Assembly (NCBI GenBank): GCA_964016885.1
Contig: OZ024742.1
Location: 375,224,001-375,288,000, forward strand
Direction: 5' to 3'
Length of the DNA stretch: 64,000 nt
Source: Eledone cirrhosa
Lineage: Eukaryota
Shown: piece after piece, positions 41,873-53,221 of the stretch
Layout of the letters: each line of letters begins with the position of its first letter
How positions within the stretch are numbered: the stretch's first letter is position 1
Program-made: the position numbers and the translations under genes
The notes under the pieces: generated by a model
What the model was told of the DNA's origin: nothing
What the model saw: only the letters and a program-made list of their open reading frames with translations
The model's database searches: none

Positions 41873-41942
41873 CTTATGAATTATCAAAGAACTGGCAGTG
41901 TTTGAAATTTGAAAATGTGTCAGTCCCAAATGCAGAAAATAC
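41873..41942 (-). CDS. Host-gene exon (70 bp): YFLHLGLTHFQISNTASSLIIHK
   Basis: Acceptor CTTATTACAG, donor AAG|GTATGT, stop-free; ends in phase 0 as the next exon requires. Confidence 0.72.
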
Positions 41943-42607
41943 CTGTAATAAGAGTCAATTACTATAGATAATAGCTGAGAAAATTGGGTAAATTACCCCT
42001 ATAGGTGGAAAACTGCACAAAGTTACCTCTGTACACTTTTCCCATCCCTCCCAACTTCATTCTGATAATGTTTTGATTTTTTCAATTCTGTGTTTCACTC
42101 TACTCTATATCTCTATTACTATTATTATTACCACTAGCAGAAAAACTACCCATGGGTGGTTTTCTGCTAGCATGTGTAGTGTGTATATTGATATTATACG
42201 CAAATACACATGCATATAGATATGATATGTCAAATAAAATCGTAATTGAGAATATACACAGAAATTGAAGAGAGACTGTTACACTGTCTTCTGTAATCAG
42301 TAAAGTAATCCATGATACATTTAAAAAAGACAATATTATATATAAACTGCATTACGGTGAAATATAATGAAAATGAAAAAGGAGAAAATTAGCGACGGAA
42401 ATATAAACCTTATATAACGATGCAAATATATGAACGTTTATATAAGCGATGTGATATAGCATCTGTTATATCATAACCAGAAGTATTGACATTTGAAAAT
42501 TTTAAAAGAAGTGAATCTTAAAATAAGCAATCATTATATATAAGAATATTTAAGTTTAACCAACAGCTACGAAATTTAGTAGAAAAATTATGTAATATTC
42601 ATTTATT

Positions 42608-42790
42608 ATATTGGCAGTATCAGTAGAGTCAGACGCCATGCTTTCCAGTATAGTTACATCCCTTTATGGTCTGAGTTCAAATCCCGCCAAGGTTAACTTT
42701 GCCTTTCATCCTTACGGGGTCGATAAAATAAAGTACCAGTAATGCACTGGGTAATTGCTGGCCTTGTGCCAAAAGTAGAAACAATTATTT
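42608..42790 (+). mobile_element. tRNA-derived SINE of a second family (Nin/Deu-domain-like core)
   Basis: B box GAGTTCAAATCC followed by TTTGCCTTTCATCCTTACGGGGTCGATAAAATAAAGTACCAG; a second copy lies at about 46680-46880. Confidence 0.75.
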
Positions 42791-42899
42791 ATTCAAAGTA
42801 AGTAATCCAACTTATTTTACTAATGGGATAAAAATATATATTCAGGACACAGTCCCGCACTGCTCCATTTATTATATGATGATTGTCCTTATAATTATT

Positions 42900-43102
42900 A
42901 AAGCACCCATCCCATACTGTAAAGTGGTTGTGAAGGTGTCATGATAAAAAGCACTCAGACCACACAGTAAAGAAATCAAGCCAAAATCAGTTCTGTATGA
43001 GCAAGACGTGGTCATCTGACCTGGCATTACCAACAACAGGACAACCCGTCTAACCCATGCTAGCGTGAAAGAATGGACGTAAAACTGTGATGATGATGAT
43101 GA
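42900..43102 (+). mobile_element. RTE 3'-tail fragment
   Basis: AGAAATCAAGCC...CAACAGGACAACCCGTCTAACCCATGCTAGCGTG...GGACGTAAAAC.GTGATGATG is nearly identical to LINE 11846-11980. Confidence 0.85.
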
Positions 43103-43565
43103 ACCTTACATTAAGTTACTATCTTACTTATGAAATAATTAATGATTTTAGTAAATCTCTCAAAATTCTTCATGAATTAAAATAGATTGTATTTCAGTAG
43201 AAATGCAGTCATGAAATGGTTAAAAAAAACCCAGTCATCTGTAAATTTCTGAATCAATGTTGTTCAGTACAAAATATACCATAAGCTGCTGTTTGAGAAA
43301 CACTTAAATGATATTTGGTCTAGTAATGTAAAATCTTAAGCTTTCTTGCTCACATAAAAGGGAAATGGTAGTTTGGTAGTCTGTGATACCAATGAATTTT
43401 CAAAGATATTAGTAAATTAAGTAAAGCAGTTAGAAAAATTAATCATTTGATATTTACAAAACACCATCATATCAGATGGTAGTAAAATAACAGTGCGATA
43501 AGAGGTACTTAGATGTCAAAACTAACCTCCTCCCCACTAAGTTTGACAATCAATTTCCCTCTTAT

Positions 43566-43790
43566 TTAATCCTTTATCATTTACATTACTCTATATTTAC
43601 TATTGTATTTTTGTGGTAAAGGCTTTATCTTACATAATTATCTCACATAATATCAAATCTATGAGATTTTTATGTTATTTTGAGAACAATACCTTAACGT
43701 CAGTATGAGCAGCCAGTTACAGCCGGTTTGAACAGAAAGAGGTGAGAGAATCCTGGCCGGATATGGCTAGTTTAAATGCTAAAGGGTTAA
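43566..43790. mobile_element. piggyBac-type MITE (copy 2, inverted relative to 40029-40248)
   Basis: TTAA-flanked, ends TAAATGCTAAAGGG-TTAA; the interior is a diverged reverse complement of copy 1. Confidence 0.8.
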
Positions 43791-43793
43791 GAG

Positions 43794-44310
43794 TTAGTCT
43801 ACCTCGTGGTCCCAGCAGACAGCATAGAGAAGACGTTACCCTGAACAATGACGAGGGAGTTACACTGAAACAGCCACTCCAATTCGTGGAGTTTGCTCTT
43901 GTGGGTAACCAACTCCACCTTGATAGCAGTGAGTTGAGATGATGTCCAGAGGCCAAGAATGCCTGAAGTCTCCACTGCCACAGACTCAACCACAAACCTA
44001 TCAGAGAGCGACTGATACTTCAACTGTTTGTGCTCTTTGGCCTGATGAGTAGCGAAGCTTGGGCTAATCACCAAATGCACCAGGTTGCCACGGGAACAGG
44101 TGTCACAGCATGAGACATCCCAGATGAGGTGCCGACCTCTGCAGAATTGGAAGAATGCCGTGCCCTCGATCCAGCCCTGCTGGTTCAAGCATAGAAGAGA
44201 AGCCGATGGTGTCCAAGCCATGCTTTATGATCTTATTGAGAGCAGCATGGTGTGGTAGGCAACTGGCACTATAGTGACGCGAAGGCTGAAAGAATCCACA
44301 ATGGATCTGC
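43794..44310 (-). pseudogene. Relic of a CRE-type non-LTR element, C-terminal restriction-like endonuclease region
   Basis: Frameshifted pieces HHAALNKIIKHGL...MLEPAGLDRG / GRHLIWDVSCCDT...AKEHKQLKYQSL...VAVETSG...WLFQ..SLVIVQGN match the pattern I recognise for CRE-clade RLE domains. Confidence 0.7.
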
Positions 44311-44329
44311 AGCAGCATTTGCTAGTGAC

Positions 44330-44512
44330 ATGCTGTAAAGTACCCAGTCCACACTGTAATGTGGTTGGTGTTAGGAAGAGCATCTGGCCATACAAACCAA
44401 GCCAAAATACAGATCCTTATGAGCAAGACATGATCATCTGACCTGATTTGTCACATAACGTAGCAACCTCTCCAACCCATGTAATAGACATTGAAAGATG
44501 ATGATGACGATT
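44330..44512 (+). mobile_element. Degenerate RTE 3'-tail fragment
   Basis: ACCCAGTCCACACTGTAATGTGGTTGGTGTTAGGAAGAGCATC...AACCCATG...GATGATGAT. Confidence 0.75.
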
Positions 44513-44596
44513 TTATATATATAGATATATAATATTATATTATACTGTAAAGAGGTTGTTTATGAGTCACGACAAAAAGCACCCAGTCCACACACA

Positions 44597-45901
44597 CAGG
44601 GTGCGGACGATATCTGTTCGCAAGATTACTGTCTATGAAAAGATAACACAGTAGTTTTATTTTTTAAGATATATTTATCAAACTTGGGTCAGTTTGTCTT
44701 CATGACTTGTTCTTTCGATCTCACTCGATTAACCCGCCATTGGTTTTGATGATGGCCTCAAGGCGGCCTCGGAACCGGCTACAGGCCTTTGTCACTGTCC
44801 CCCGACTTAGGCCCCTAAAGGCATTTGTGATCCTGGCCTTCAGATCGTCTTTCATATTGCAGCTAGATCTGTTGGTGTCTCGTTTAACTGCGCCCCACAC
44901 AAAGAAGTCGAGGGGGTTGCAGTCAGGCAAGCTGGGAGGCCAGATGTCAGGTGAAGTGTGGTCGACGAAGTTCTCTGACAGCCAGGCTTGGGTCTTTCGG
45001 CTGGTATGGCAGGGCGCTGAGTCTTGCTGCCACACGTACGGCCTACCTGCAGCTACCTGGTCAATCCAGGGCTTTACTACCTTGCTCAGAACACGGATGT
45101 AGCCATTGGTGTTCAGCTTGAGGCCCTCAGGGAAGAAGTGAGGTGGCATGACGTAACCTTGACTGCTGATGACACCTAAGACCAATATTGTCACTGGAAA
45201 CTTTGTCTGTATGACTCTGGGCACGTCTTTGGATGAGACAGCGAGCCACCTGTTGTTCTGTGAGTTGATCTTCTGGTCTTGGCAGAAGTTTTTCTCGTAG
45301 GAGAAAAACCACAGCATGTCTGGCTCCAGTGGGTGTTTCAACTTGTTGATCAGCTTCTTTGCGTGCTTCAGTCGCTTTTCTTGCATCGCCTTTGACAGAA
45401 ATTGTCCTTTCCTCATCTTGTATGAAACGTAGCGAATGTCTTCATGTACCACCAGCCTAATGAGCTTTTCATCCACGCCTTTCCCCCTTGCAATGGCACG
45501 CATCGACTTGCTAGGTTCATTGTTGATGATATCCTGAACTTCAGCGACGAACTCGAGCGGTCTAAAGGTGTCAGATCGTCGATCATGTTTTCCTCTCTGA
45601 TGTTGCTTCGTAGTCGAATCCTGAATCTTCCAATTCCTTTCTGACCTTTTCCACCATTCTCCTGCTGACGCTGAGAAAGTCTGAAATTTCCTTATTTGTC
45701 CTCCCGGTGCAGATTCCAAGAAGAACTCCGTGTCTCTTCCACAAATTTGGAGGTTCAAAATTATTCATAATCAATTATTCTGAAAATAAATAATGGAAAT
45801 ATAGTCACTGTTTTTATGAAGACAAGAGTGACAACGGAAGTAAAAAAAATTTGCATAAAATTAGCAGTTGAAAATTGCGAACAAATATCATCCACACCCT
45901 G
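44597..45901 (-). mobile_element. Tc1/mariner superfamily DNA transposon, DD37D (maT) family; full-length but defective
   Basis: 27-bp TIRs CAGGGTG(C/T)GGA(C/T)GATAT(C/T)TGTTCGCAA, with TA on the right flank and CA on the left. The transposase has QQDSAPCH and NPLD separated by 37 residues. Confidence 0.92.
44721..45768 (-). pseudogene. DD37D transposase pseudogene
   Basis: The N-terminal HTH is in ORF 45583-45774 and the remainder in ORF 44721-45758 (frameshift near 45590-45600). The first catalytic Asp reads Tyr (FFSYEKNF). Confidence 0.88.
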
Positions 45902-46188
45902 TATTATACACACACACTAGTGGAACATTCAAAATGAATCTGGTGAATCAGATAAAAAATGTTCATTTTCTTATTTCTAGTTCTATTGTCAGTGACACCC
46001 AATAAACTATTCTAGTGTTCTGCAATAAAAATTGAGTAAAAAGAAAAAAATAATTTCTTTTTTTCTATGAATGAATTCTCTTTCTAATATACTTTTCGTT
46101 TCATTTAATGTCTCACTGAGTTAAGAGTGATAGTGACTGTCCGTAAAATATAGATATAGTTCTCCAACGAATGTTACATACAACATAC

Positions 46189-46207
46189 CATTGCCTTTAC
46201 TGTATAT
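46189..46207 (-). CDS. Candidate 19-nt host-gene microexon (IYSKGN+G)
   Basis: TTTTACCTTTCAG|ATATACAGTAAAGGCAATG|GTATGT; a diverged paralogous copy lies at 47076-47094. Confidence 0.4.
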
Positions 46208-46679
46208 CTGAAAGGTAAAATATATTTAATATTAAATAAATCGAGATATATTTCATTAAAAGAAAAAGGAGTAGGTTTGAATTCTATTTTATGTTATACA
46301 AACTGTGAAAGTAACTTAGAGATGTTCTCTCATTCATGTCAACCATCGTTCTAGGGAAACTGTGGACGATTAATGCCACATAGGAAACTCAACCATCTGA
46401 GATTAAACATGTAACTAGTAGAATCTAGCGATTAATAATAGGTCACGGTGTTTCCTAAGAACAATTGGTGACATTAACAAGGTATCTTCAATTTTACTTT
46501 CACTATTTTGCGCGTAAAATAACATTATCAACGACAGATCTGCCAACCTCTAAAAAGCCAAACGGGGAGTACCATGAAAAAAGGTGGCCCCAAAACGGGG
46601 AGATTTTACATAATGAAAGCTATACCATTTTCACAAAAGAAGACATCGCTCAGCCACTCCAAAGGCTATTGCAACTCTC

Positions 46680-46880
46680 CCCGTCGGACAACAAGCTTAG
46701 CGACATCGAGTTATGGCCCTTTGCGTTCCGAGTTCAAATCCCACCAAGGTTAGCTTTGCCTTTTATTCTTACAGGAGTTGATAAAATAAAGTACCAGTAA
46801 TGCACTGGTGTCAATTTACTCGACTTTCCCCACCTCCCAAAATTGCTGGCCTTGTACCTATAGTAGAAACCATTATATTT
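46680..46880 (+). mobile_element. SINE, same family as 42608-42790
   Basis: GAGTTCAAATCCCACCAAGGTTAGCTTTGCCTTT...GATAAAATAAAGTACCAGTAATGCACTGG...AATTGCTGGCCTTGT. Confidence 0.75.
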
Positions 46881-48019
46881 GTAATGTTCTTCCGAACGAG
46901 CAATTTATGTTATTCGTGTATATATTTAAAACATATTTCTAATGTTATTTATACAACTGTGAATAAAAATTCTAAATATATATTTAAAAAATAACATTCA
47001 CCTAAATAGATATGAGTTGAAAGATAAACTCTGTTTGATCTAGAGAAATGGCATGGATCTTACAATACAACGTACCATTATCTTTGTGGTAAATATGAAA
47101 CATAAATAGGTTTAATATTAAATAAATTACATCTAGATCTCATTAAAAGAAAACGAGGAAACTACCATATTTTACGATAAGGAAATTTGGAAGTATTGTA
47201 TAATTTGTGTATATAACTTTATTCAGCAAGAATTATAAACACTTAATAATTGTTTCATTTATTGGCCACAAGGCCCAAACACTTTCTTAATGTATATATT
47301 TCTACACACAAATAATATACACAATACTGTATAAAATAAGAGGTTTTATTCACAGTTGTATAAATAACATTAGAAATATGTTTTAAATACATAAATAACA
47401 TTACAAATGTATAAATAACAAATTGCTGGCAATTCGTTCAGAAGATTATATATATAATGTCTTTGATAAACAATACTAATTACATTAATATTCCACATTT
47501 AGAAGTTAATCAGAAGTTAAAATGACCAAGTAATATTGTAACATTTACTCCAGTGAAACTTAACCTTATGTCAGTTTGATATCTTCAATAATCAGGACAA
47601 ATTCATCATAAATTAAGACGGAACATTAAATTTAAATCAAATATGTGTAATTTTTTGATACAGAAATAAGGTTATATTTGATTTATGGTTATATTAAAAT
47701 ATACGATAGTACTCGCCTGCTGAATACTACGTTTTACCATGAAATCCTCTCTCAAAACTTAAATTCTCGGGTCCAACAGTTTGCACTCGCTTAAATTACA
47801 AATTCTCATACAGCCGTTTCATGGAAACCAGAATACGAAGTATATAATCGATTTTAATTATTGGTATCAATCACCATATATCCAAAAAAGATACAAATAT
47901 GTCCATTTATTGAACACATACAATTATAGCTGTAAGGAGCAAACTTTTCACAAAACTGAAAAAGAGTTAGATCAGCTCCAATTTTGAGACACCCTATTAG
48001 AACTTCAATGAAGGTTAAA

Positions 48020-51000
48020 TAAACGGAAAAAATGAAACGAAATTTCATTTCCCACTCTTAGTACGGCTGTTACTTAAATATAAATATATACACGTACATA
48101 CATATATGATTACAGACGTACAGTAGTATGTATATATATATACATACATGCACACATATATATATGTTCGTATGGATTCACCGAACATTTATTATAATGT
48201 TCGGTGTGTTTGTAAACAAACATCCCGTATTAAGCCGTAGTGTCCAGCAACCATCGTTGCTCGTTGTTCAACACTGACAAATGAACGCTGTTCTAGTTTC
48301 AAGCTTATTAGCTATCGTCAGCAACGTATACCTTCCTGCCAGATTATTGAACGTATATACTTATATTATGCATATTAACGGCTGAGTAGCGCAATTTGCA
48401 TATCGAGTGGGTTAATCGGCCGGGTGAACCGAAAACTATAAACGGAAAAAATGAAAAGAAATATCATTTCTGGCTCTTAGTACGGCTGTTACTTAAATAT
48501 AAGTATGTACACATACATACATATATGTATACAGGCGTACAGTAGTATGTATATATATATAGACATACATGCACACATATATATATGTACGTACCGATTC
48601 ACCGAACATTTATTATAATGCTGGTGTGTTTGTAAACAAACATCCCGTATTAAGCCGTAGTGTCAAGCAATCATCGTTGCTCGTTTGTTCAACACTGACA
48701 AAGGAACGGTGTACTAGTTTCAAGCTTATTAGCTATCGTCAGCAACGTATACCTTCCTGCCAGATTGTTGAACGTATATACTTACCTTATGTATATTAAC
48801 GGCTGAGTAGCCCAATTTGCATATCGAGTGGGTTAAACAAACGAGCAACGATGGTTGCTGGACACTACCGACAATTTGCATATCGAGTGGGTTAATCAGC
48901 CGGGTGCACACCGAAAACTATAAACGGTAAAAATGAAACGAAATTTCATTTCCCACTCTTAGTATGGCTGTTACTTAAATATAAGTATGTACACGTACAT
49001 ACATATATGTATACAGACATACAGTAGTATGTATATATATATATATATATATATACATACATGCACACATATATATATGTACGTATGGATTCACCGAACA
49101 TTTATTATAATGTTCGGTGTGTTTGTAAACAAACATCCCGTATTAAGCCGTAGTGTCCAGCAACCATCGTTGCTCGTTGTTCAACACTGACAAAGGAATG
49201 CTGTACTAGTTTCAAGCTTATTAGCTATCGTTTGCAACGTATACCTTCCTGCCAGATTGTTGAACGTATATACTTACCTTATGCATATTAACGGCTGAGT
49301 AGCCCAATTTGCATATCGAGTGGGTTAATCGGCCGGGTGCACCGACAACGATAAGCGGAAAAAATGAAACGAAATTTCATTTCCCACTCTTAGTACGGCT
49401 GTTACTTAAATATAAGTATGTACACATACATACATATATGTATACAGACGTACAGTATTATGTATATATACATACATACATGCACACATATATATATGTA
49501 CGTATGGATCCACCGAATATTTATTATAATGCTCGGTGTGTTTGTAAACAAACATCCCGTATTAAGCCGTAGTGTGCAGCAATCATCGTTGCTCGTTTGT
49601 TCAACACTGACAAAGGAATGCTGTACTAGTTTCAAGCTTATTAGCTATCGTCAGCAACGTATACCTTCCTGCCAGATTGTTGAACGTATATAGTTACCTT
49701 ATGCATATTAACGGCTGAGCAGCACAATTTGCATATCGAGTGGATTAATCGGCCGGGTGAACCGAAAACTATAAACGGAAAAAATGAAAAGAAATTTCAT
49801 TTCCCACTCTTAGTACGGCTGTTACTTAAATATAAGTATGTACACGTACATACATATATGTATACAGACGTACAGTAATATATATATATATATATATATA
49901 CATACATGCACACATATATATATGTACGTATGGATTCACCGAACATTTATTATAATGCTCGATGTGTTTGTAAACAAACATCCCGTATTAAGCCGTAGTG
50001 TCCAGCAACCATCGTTGCTCGTTTGTTCAACACTGACAAAGGAACGCTGTACTAGTTTCAAGCTTATTAGCTATCATCAGCAACGTATACCTTCCTGCCA
50101 GATTGTTGAACGTATATACTTACCTTATGCATATTAACTGCTGAGTAGCCTAGCCCAATTTGCATATCGAGTGGGTTAATCGGCCGGGTGCACCGAAAAC
50201 GATAAACGGGAAAAATGAAACGAAATTTCATTTCCCAATCTTAGTACGGCTGTTATTTAAATATAAGTATGTACACGTACATACATATATGTATACAGAC
50301 GTACAGTAGTATGTATATATACATACATGCACACATATATATATGTACGTATGGATTCACCGAACATTTATTATAATGCTCGGTGTGTTTGTAAACAAAC
50401 ATCTCGTATTAAGCCGTAGTGTCCAGCAACCATCGTAGCTCGTTTGTTCAACACTGACAAAGGAACGCTGTACTAGTTTCAAGCTTATTAGCTATCGTCA
50501 GCAACGTATACATTCCTGCCAGATTGTTGAACGTATATACTTACCTTATGAGTAGCCCAATTTGCATATCGAGTGGGTTAATCGGCCGGGTGCACCGAAA
50601 ACGATAAACGGGAAAAATGAAACGAAATTTCATTTCCCACTCTTAGTATGGCTGTTACTTAAATATAAGTATGTACACGTACATACATATATGTTAACAG
50701 ACGTACAGTAGTATGTATATATATATACATACATGCACACATATATATATGTATGTATGGATTGACCAAACATTTATTATAATGCTCGGTGTGTTTGTAA
50801 ATAAACATCCCGTATTAAGCCGTAGTGTCCAGCAACCATCGTTGCTCGTTTGTTCAACACTGACAAAGGAACGCTATACTAGTTTCAAGCTTATTAGCTA
50901 TCGTCAGCAACGTATATCTTCTGCCAGATTGTTGAACGTATATACTTACCTTATGCATATTAACAGCTGAGTAGCCCAATTTGCATATTGAGTGTGTAGC

Positions 51001-53071
51001 GGTTGTCTCCCTTGTTGTGACTCACAACCCCAATAGATTAACATCTAGACGGGAAGTAGAACCCTTTCTGTAACTTCCGGCAGAGCCCTATAAAACGAAT
51101 AGCCTTCGGCTCTCTCCCTCTCATTCGCCCTTCCAGCGCCTGGCCTTCGCCAGGCGTCTTGCGTTTGCCTGTCAATCAAAACGGTAACTACTAACTTTGC
51201 TTCATTCTATCATCTATTACTTTGACATGCCAACTATACTGTTCTATATATATCCATGATTGTTAATTAAATATACACACAAACCATGTCTCCTTGTTAC
51301 ATTCATACAACCCAGTTCTTCGCTATATTGGTAACCCTGACGTGATACGAACACGCAGCCGTTCATCGCTATAAGTGGTCACCCCGAAAAAAAAAAAAAA
51401 AATAGCAGATTCTGGAGTTGTGTGAGTAACATTACGAATACACAGCAAATTTATTGACAAACTATGAAAATACTCAGTAAAAGAAACGAACACACCACGC
51501 ACATGTGAAATTTTCGCACAGACAGACTTTTTCTCTCACGCATCAACTAACTGTCGCATTTCACGATATATATATATGTTTCTCGTTTCTTACAACGAAC
51601 ACTTTCAAAACAAAAAAAAAAAAAAAGAAATTTGATATTCTTTAAAAAACATTTCAACAGGAACATTTATTTTCGATGAACCATTGCCTTTTTTTTTCAT
51701 CGTTTTCTTCATCGTTCAAGTTTTTTTTTCAAAAGTTCACACCAATAATTATGCTAAGTGAAGCCTTTCTTTTTCATCATTGTCACTTTCACACTTGCAC
51801 TATCATTTTCTCGCGCGTTAGAAATATTATTTTTTCAATCTAACTTATCCTTGTATTGGCACGTGTAGGCAGCACAAATTCTCAACTCACGGAGATATCT
51901 CTACTCACAGAGATAGCCGCACGCCAGAGATAACGTTTCTCGCCAAGGATTCTTCAGCCTTAAGCTATATTCTCCTATTTGCCGGTTTAAAAATTTACCA
52001 CGTAAATTTGCCGTTGAAAACTGCGCATTTATTCAGAATGCTTATTTCTTTGGTCGCTGGCCTCTTGACCCTTCCAGGTCAACGCATTCTCAACATCGAC
52101 CATCAACTTCAGCTGTTATTTCTAGCACTTTGCGCAACTCATTTTTTCTTAAAAAAATTTTTTTACTGTGAATTTAAACACCGAATACGCTCACTCCGCG
52201 AGACAACATTCACAGCAACACAGCTTCACCAACAACCAAAACCAGCAGAACAAGCCAGAGAATTTATTTTTGCAGCACTCTTCCTGTGAGAAAATCCATT
52301 CGGAGGTTGGAAATTTCACGATATACCACAGAACAGAAACCACCTGCATTCATTCTCTGGAACACACTTTCTTTCCTGCTGTCATGTGATTGCACACCTG
52401 TGAACTATATTTTGTACATTTGAACTTTGAGCTCTTCTCTTACTTTATTACATTGTATCTTTGGGTGATGGATAGATGGATGTCCAGTTGTTCTCTGGCC
52501 AAGAGCGGTTGGCTACCTTGATATCTATCATTGATTTTTGCAAACATTCTTTTGTCGTAATTTTCATGCCTGTTACAATATTCTCGCCAACTTGCTACAT
52601 ATGTCATGCGATTTTTATATTCTAAAATTCTGGCGGGAGGTTATATAGCGGTTGTCTCCCTTGTTGTGACTCACAACCCCAATAGATTAACATCTAGACG
52701 GGAAGTAGAACCCTTTCTGTAACTTCCGGCAGAGCCCTATAAAACGAATAGCTCTTGGCTTTCTCTCTCTCTCATTTGCCCTTCCGGCGCCAGGCCTTCG
52801 CCAGGCGTCTCGCGTTTGCCTGGCAATCAAAACGGTAACTACTAACTTTGCTTCATTCTATCATCTATTACTTTGACAATCCAACTATACTGTTCTATAT
52901 ATCACCATGATTGTTAATTAAATATTATACACACAAACCATGTCTCCTTGTTACATTCATACAACCCAGTATCTTCGCTATAAGTGGGTTAATCGGCCGA
53001 GTGTACCGAAAACGATAAACGGCCGATTAACCACTCGATATGCAAATTGGGCTACTCAGCCGTTAATATGC
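48020..53071. repeat. ~430-bp tandem array, 7 copies, the last interrupted by an LTR element and ending in a fold-back
   Basis: Unit starts AAACGG(A/G)AAAAATGAAACGAAATTTCATTTCCC at about 48021, 48441, 48922, 49353, 49773, 50204 and 50606; each unit has an internal variable (TA)n. Confidence 0.95.
50995..52982 (+). mobile_element. Non-autonomous LTR retrotransposon (about 2 kb; LTRs 50995-51327 and 52644-52982; non-coding interior)
   Basis: Direct ~335-bp LTRs with inverted ends T(G/A)TAGCG...CGCTATA, a 4-bp TSD AGTG (50991-50994, 52983-52986), PBS TGGTAACCCTGACGTGAT at 51329, purine-rich GGCGGGAGG before the 3' LTR, and TATAAAA within the LTR. Confidence 0.92.
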
Positions 53072-53221
53072 GGGGTGTTCGGTAGTTTTTCTAGGTTGCC
53101 GCCCTTGATGTTTTAAAAACCAGAATTAGACGTTTAGTTTACTTAGTGAGACTCCGCCCCTATCCTATTTATTTTAAAACATGAGATTTTTTGTCATGTA
53201 TGTTTTTTTGGCACTTACAAT

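Noticed and set aside
43120-43240. Additional host exon
   Set aside because: Splice-like ends exist but all three frames contain stops.
48569-50970. Repeated small ORFs in the 430-bp array
   Set aside because: Frames vary with (TA)n length between units and show no domain signal.
52008-52389. ORFs inside the LTR element as gag remnants
   Set aside because: Short, non-ATG starts and no recognisable gag, protease or integrase motif.
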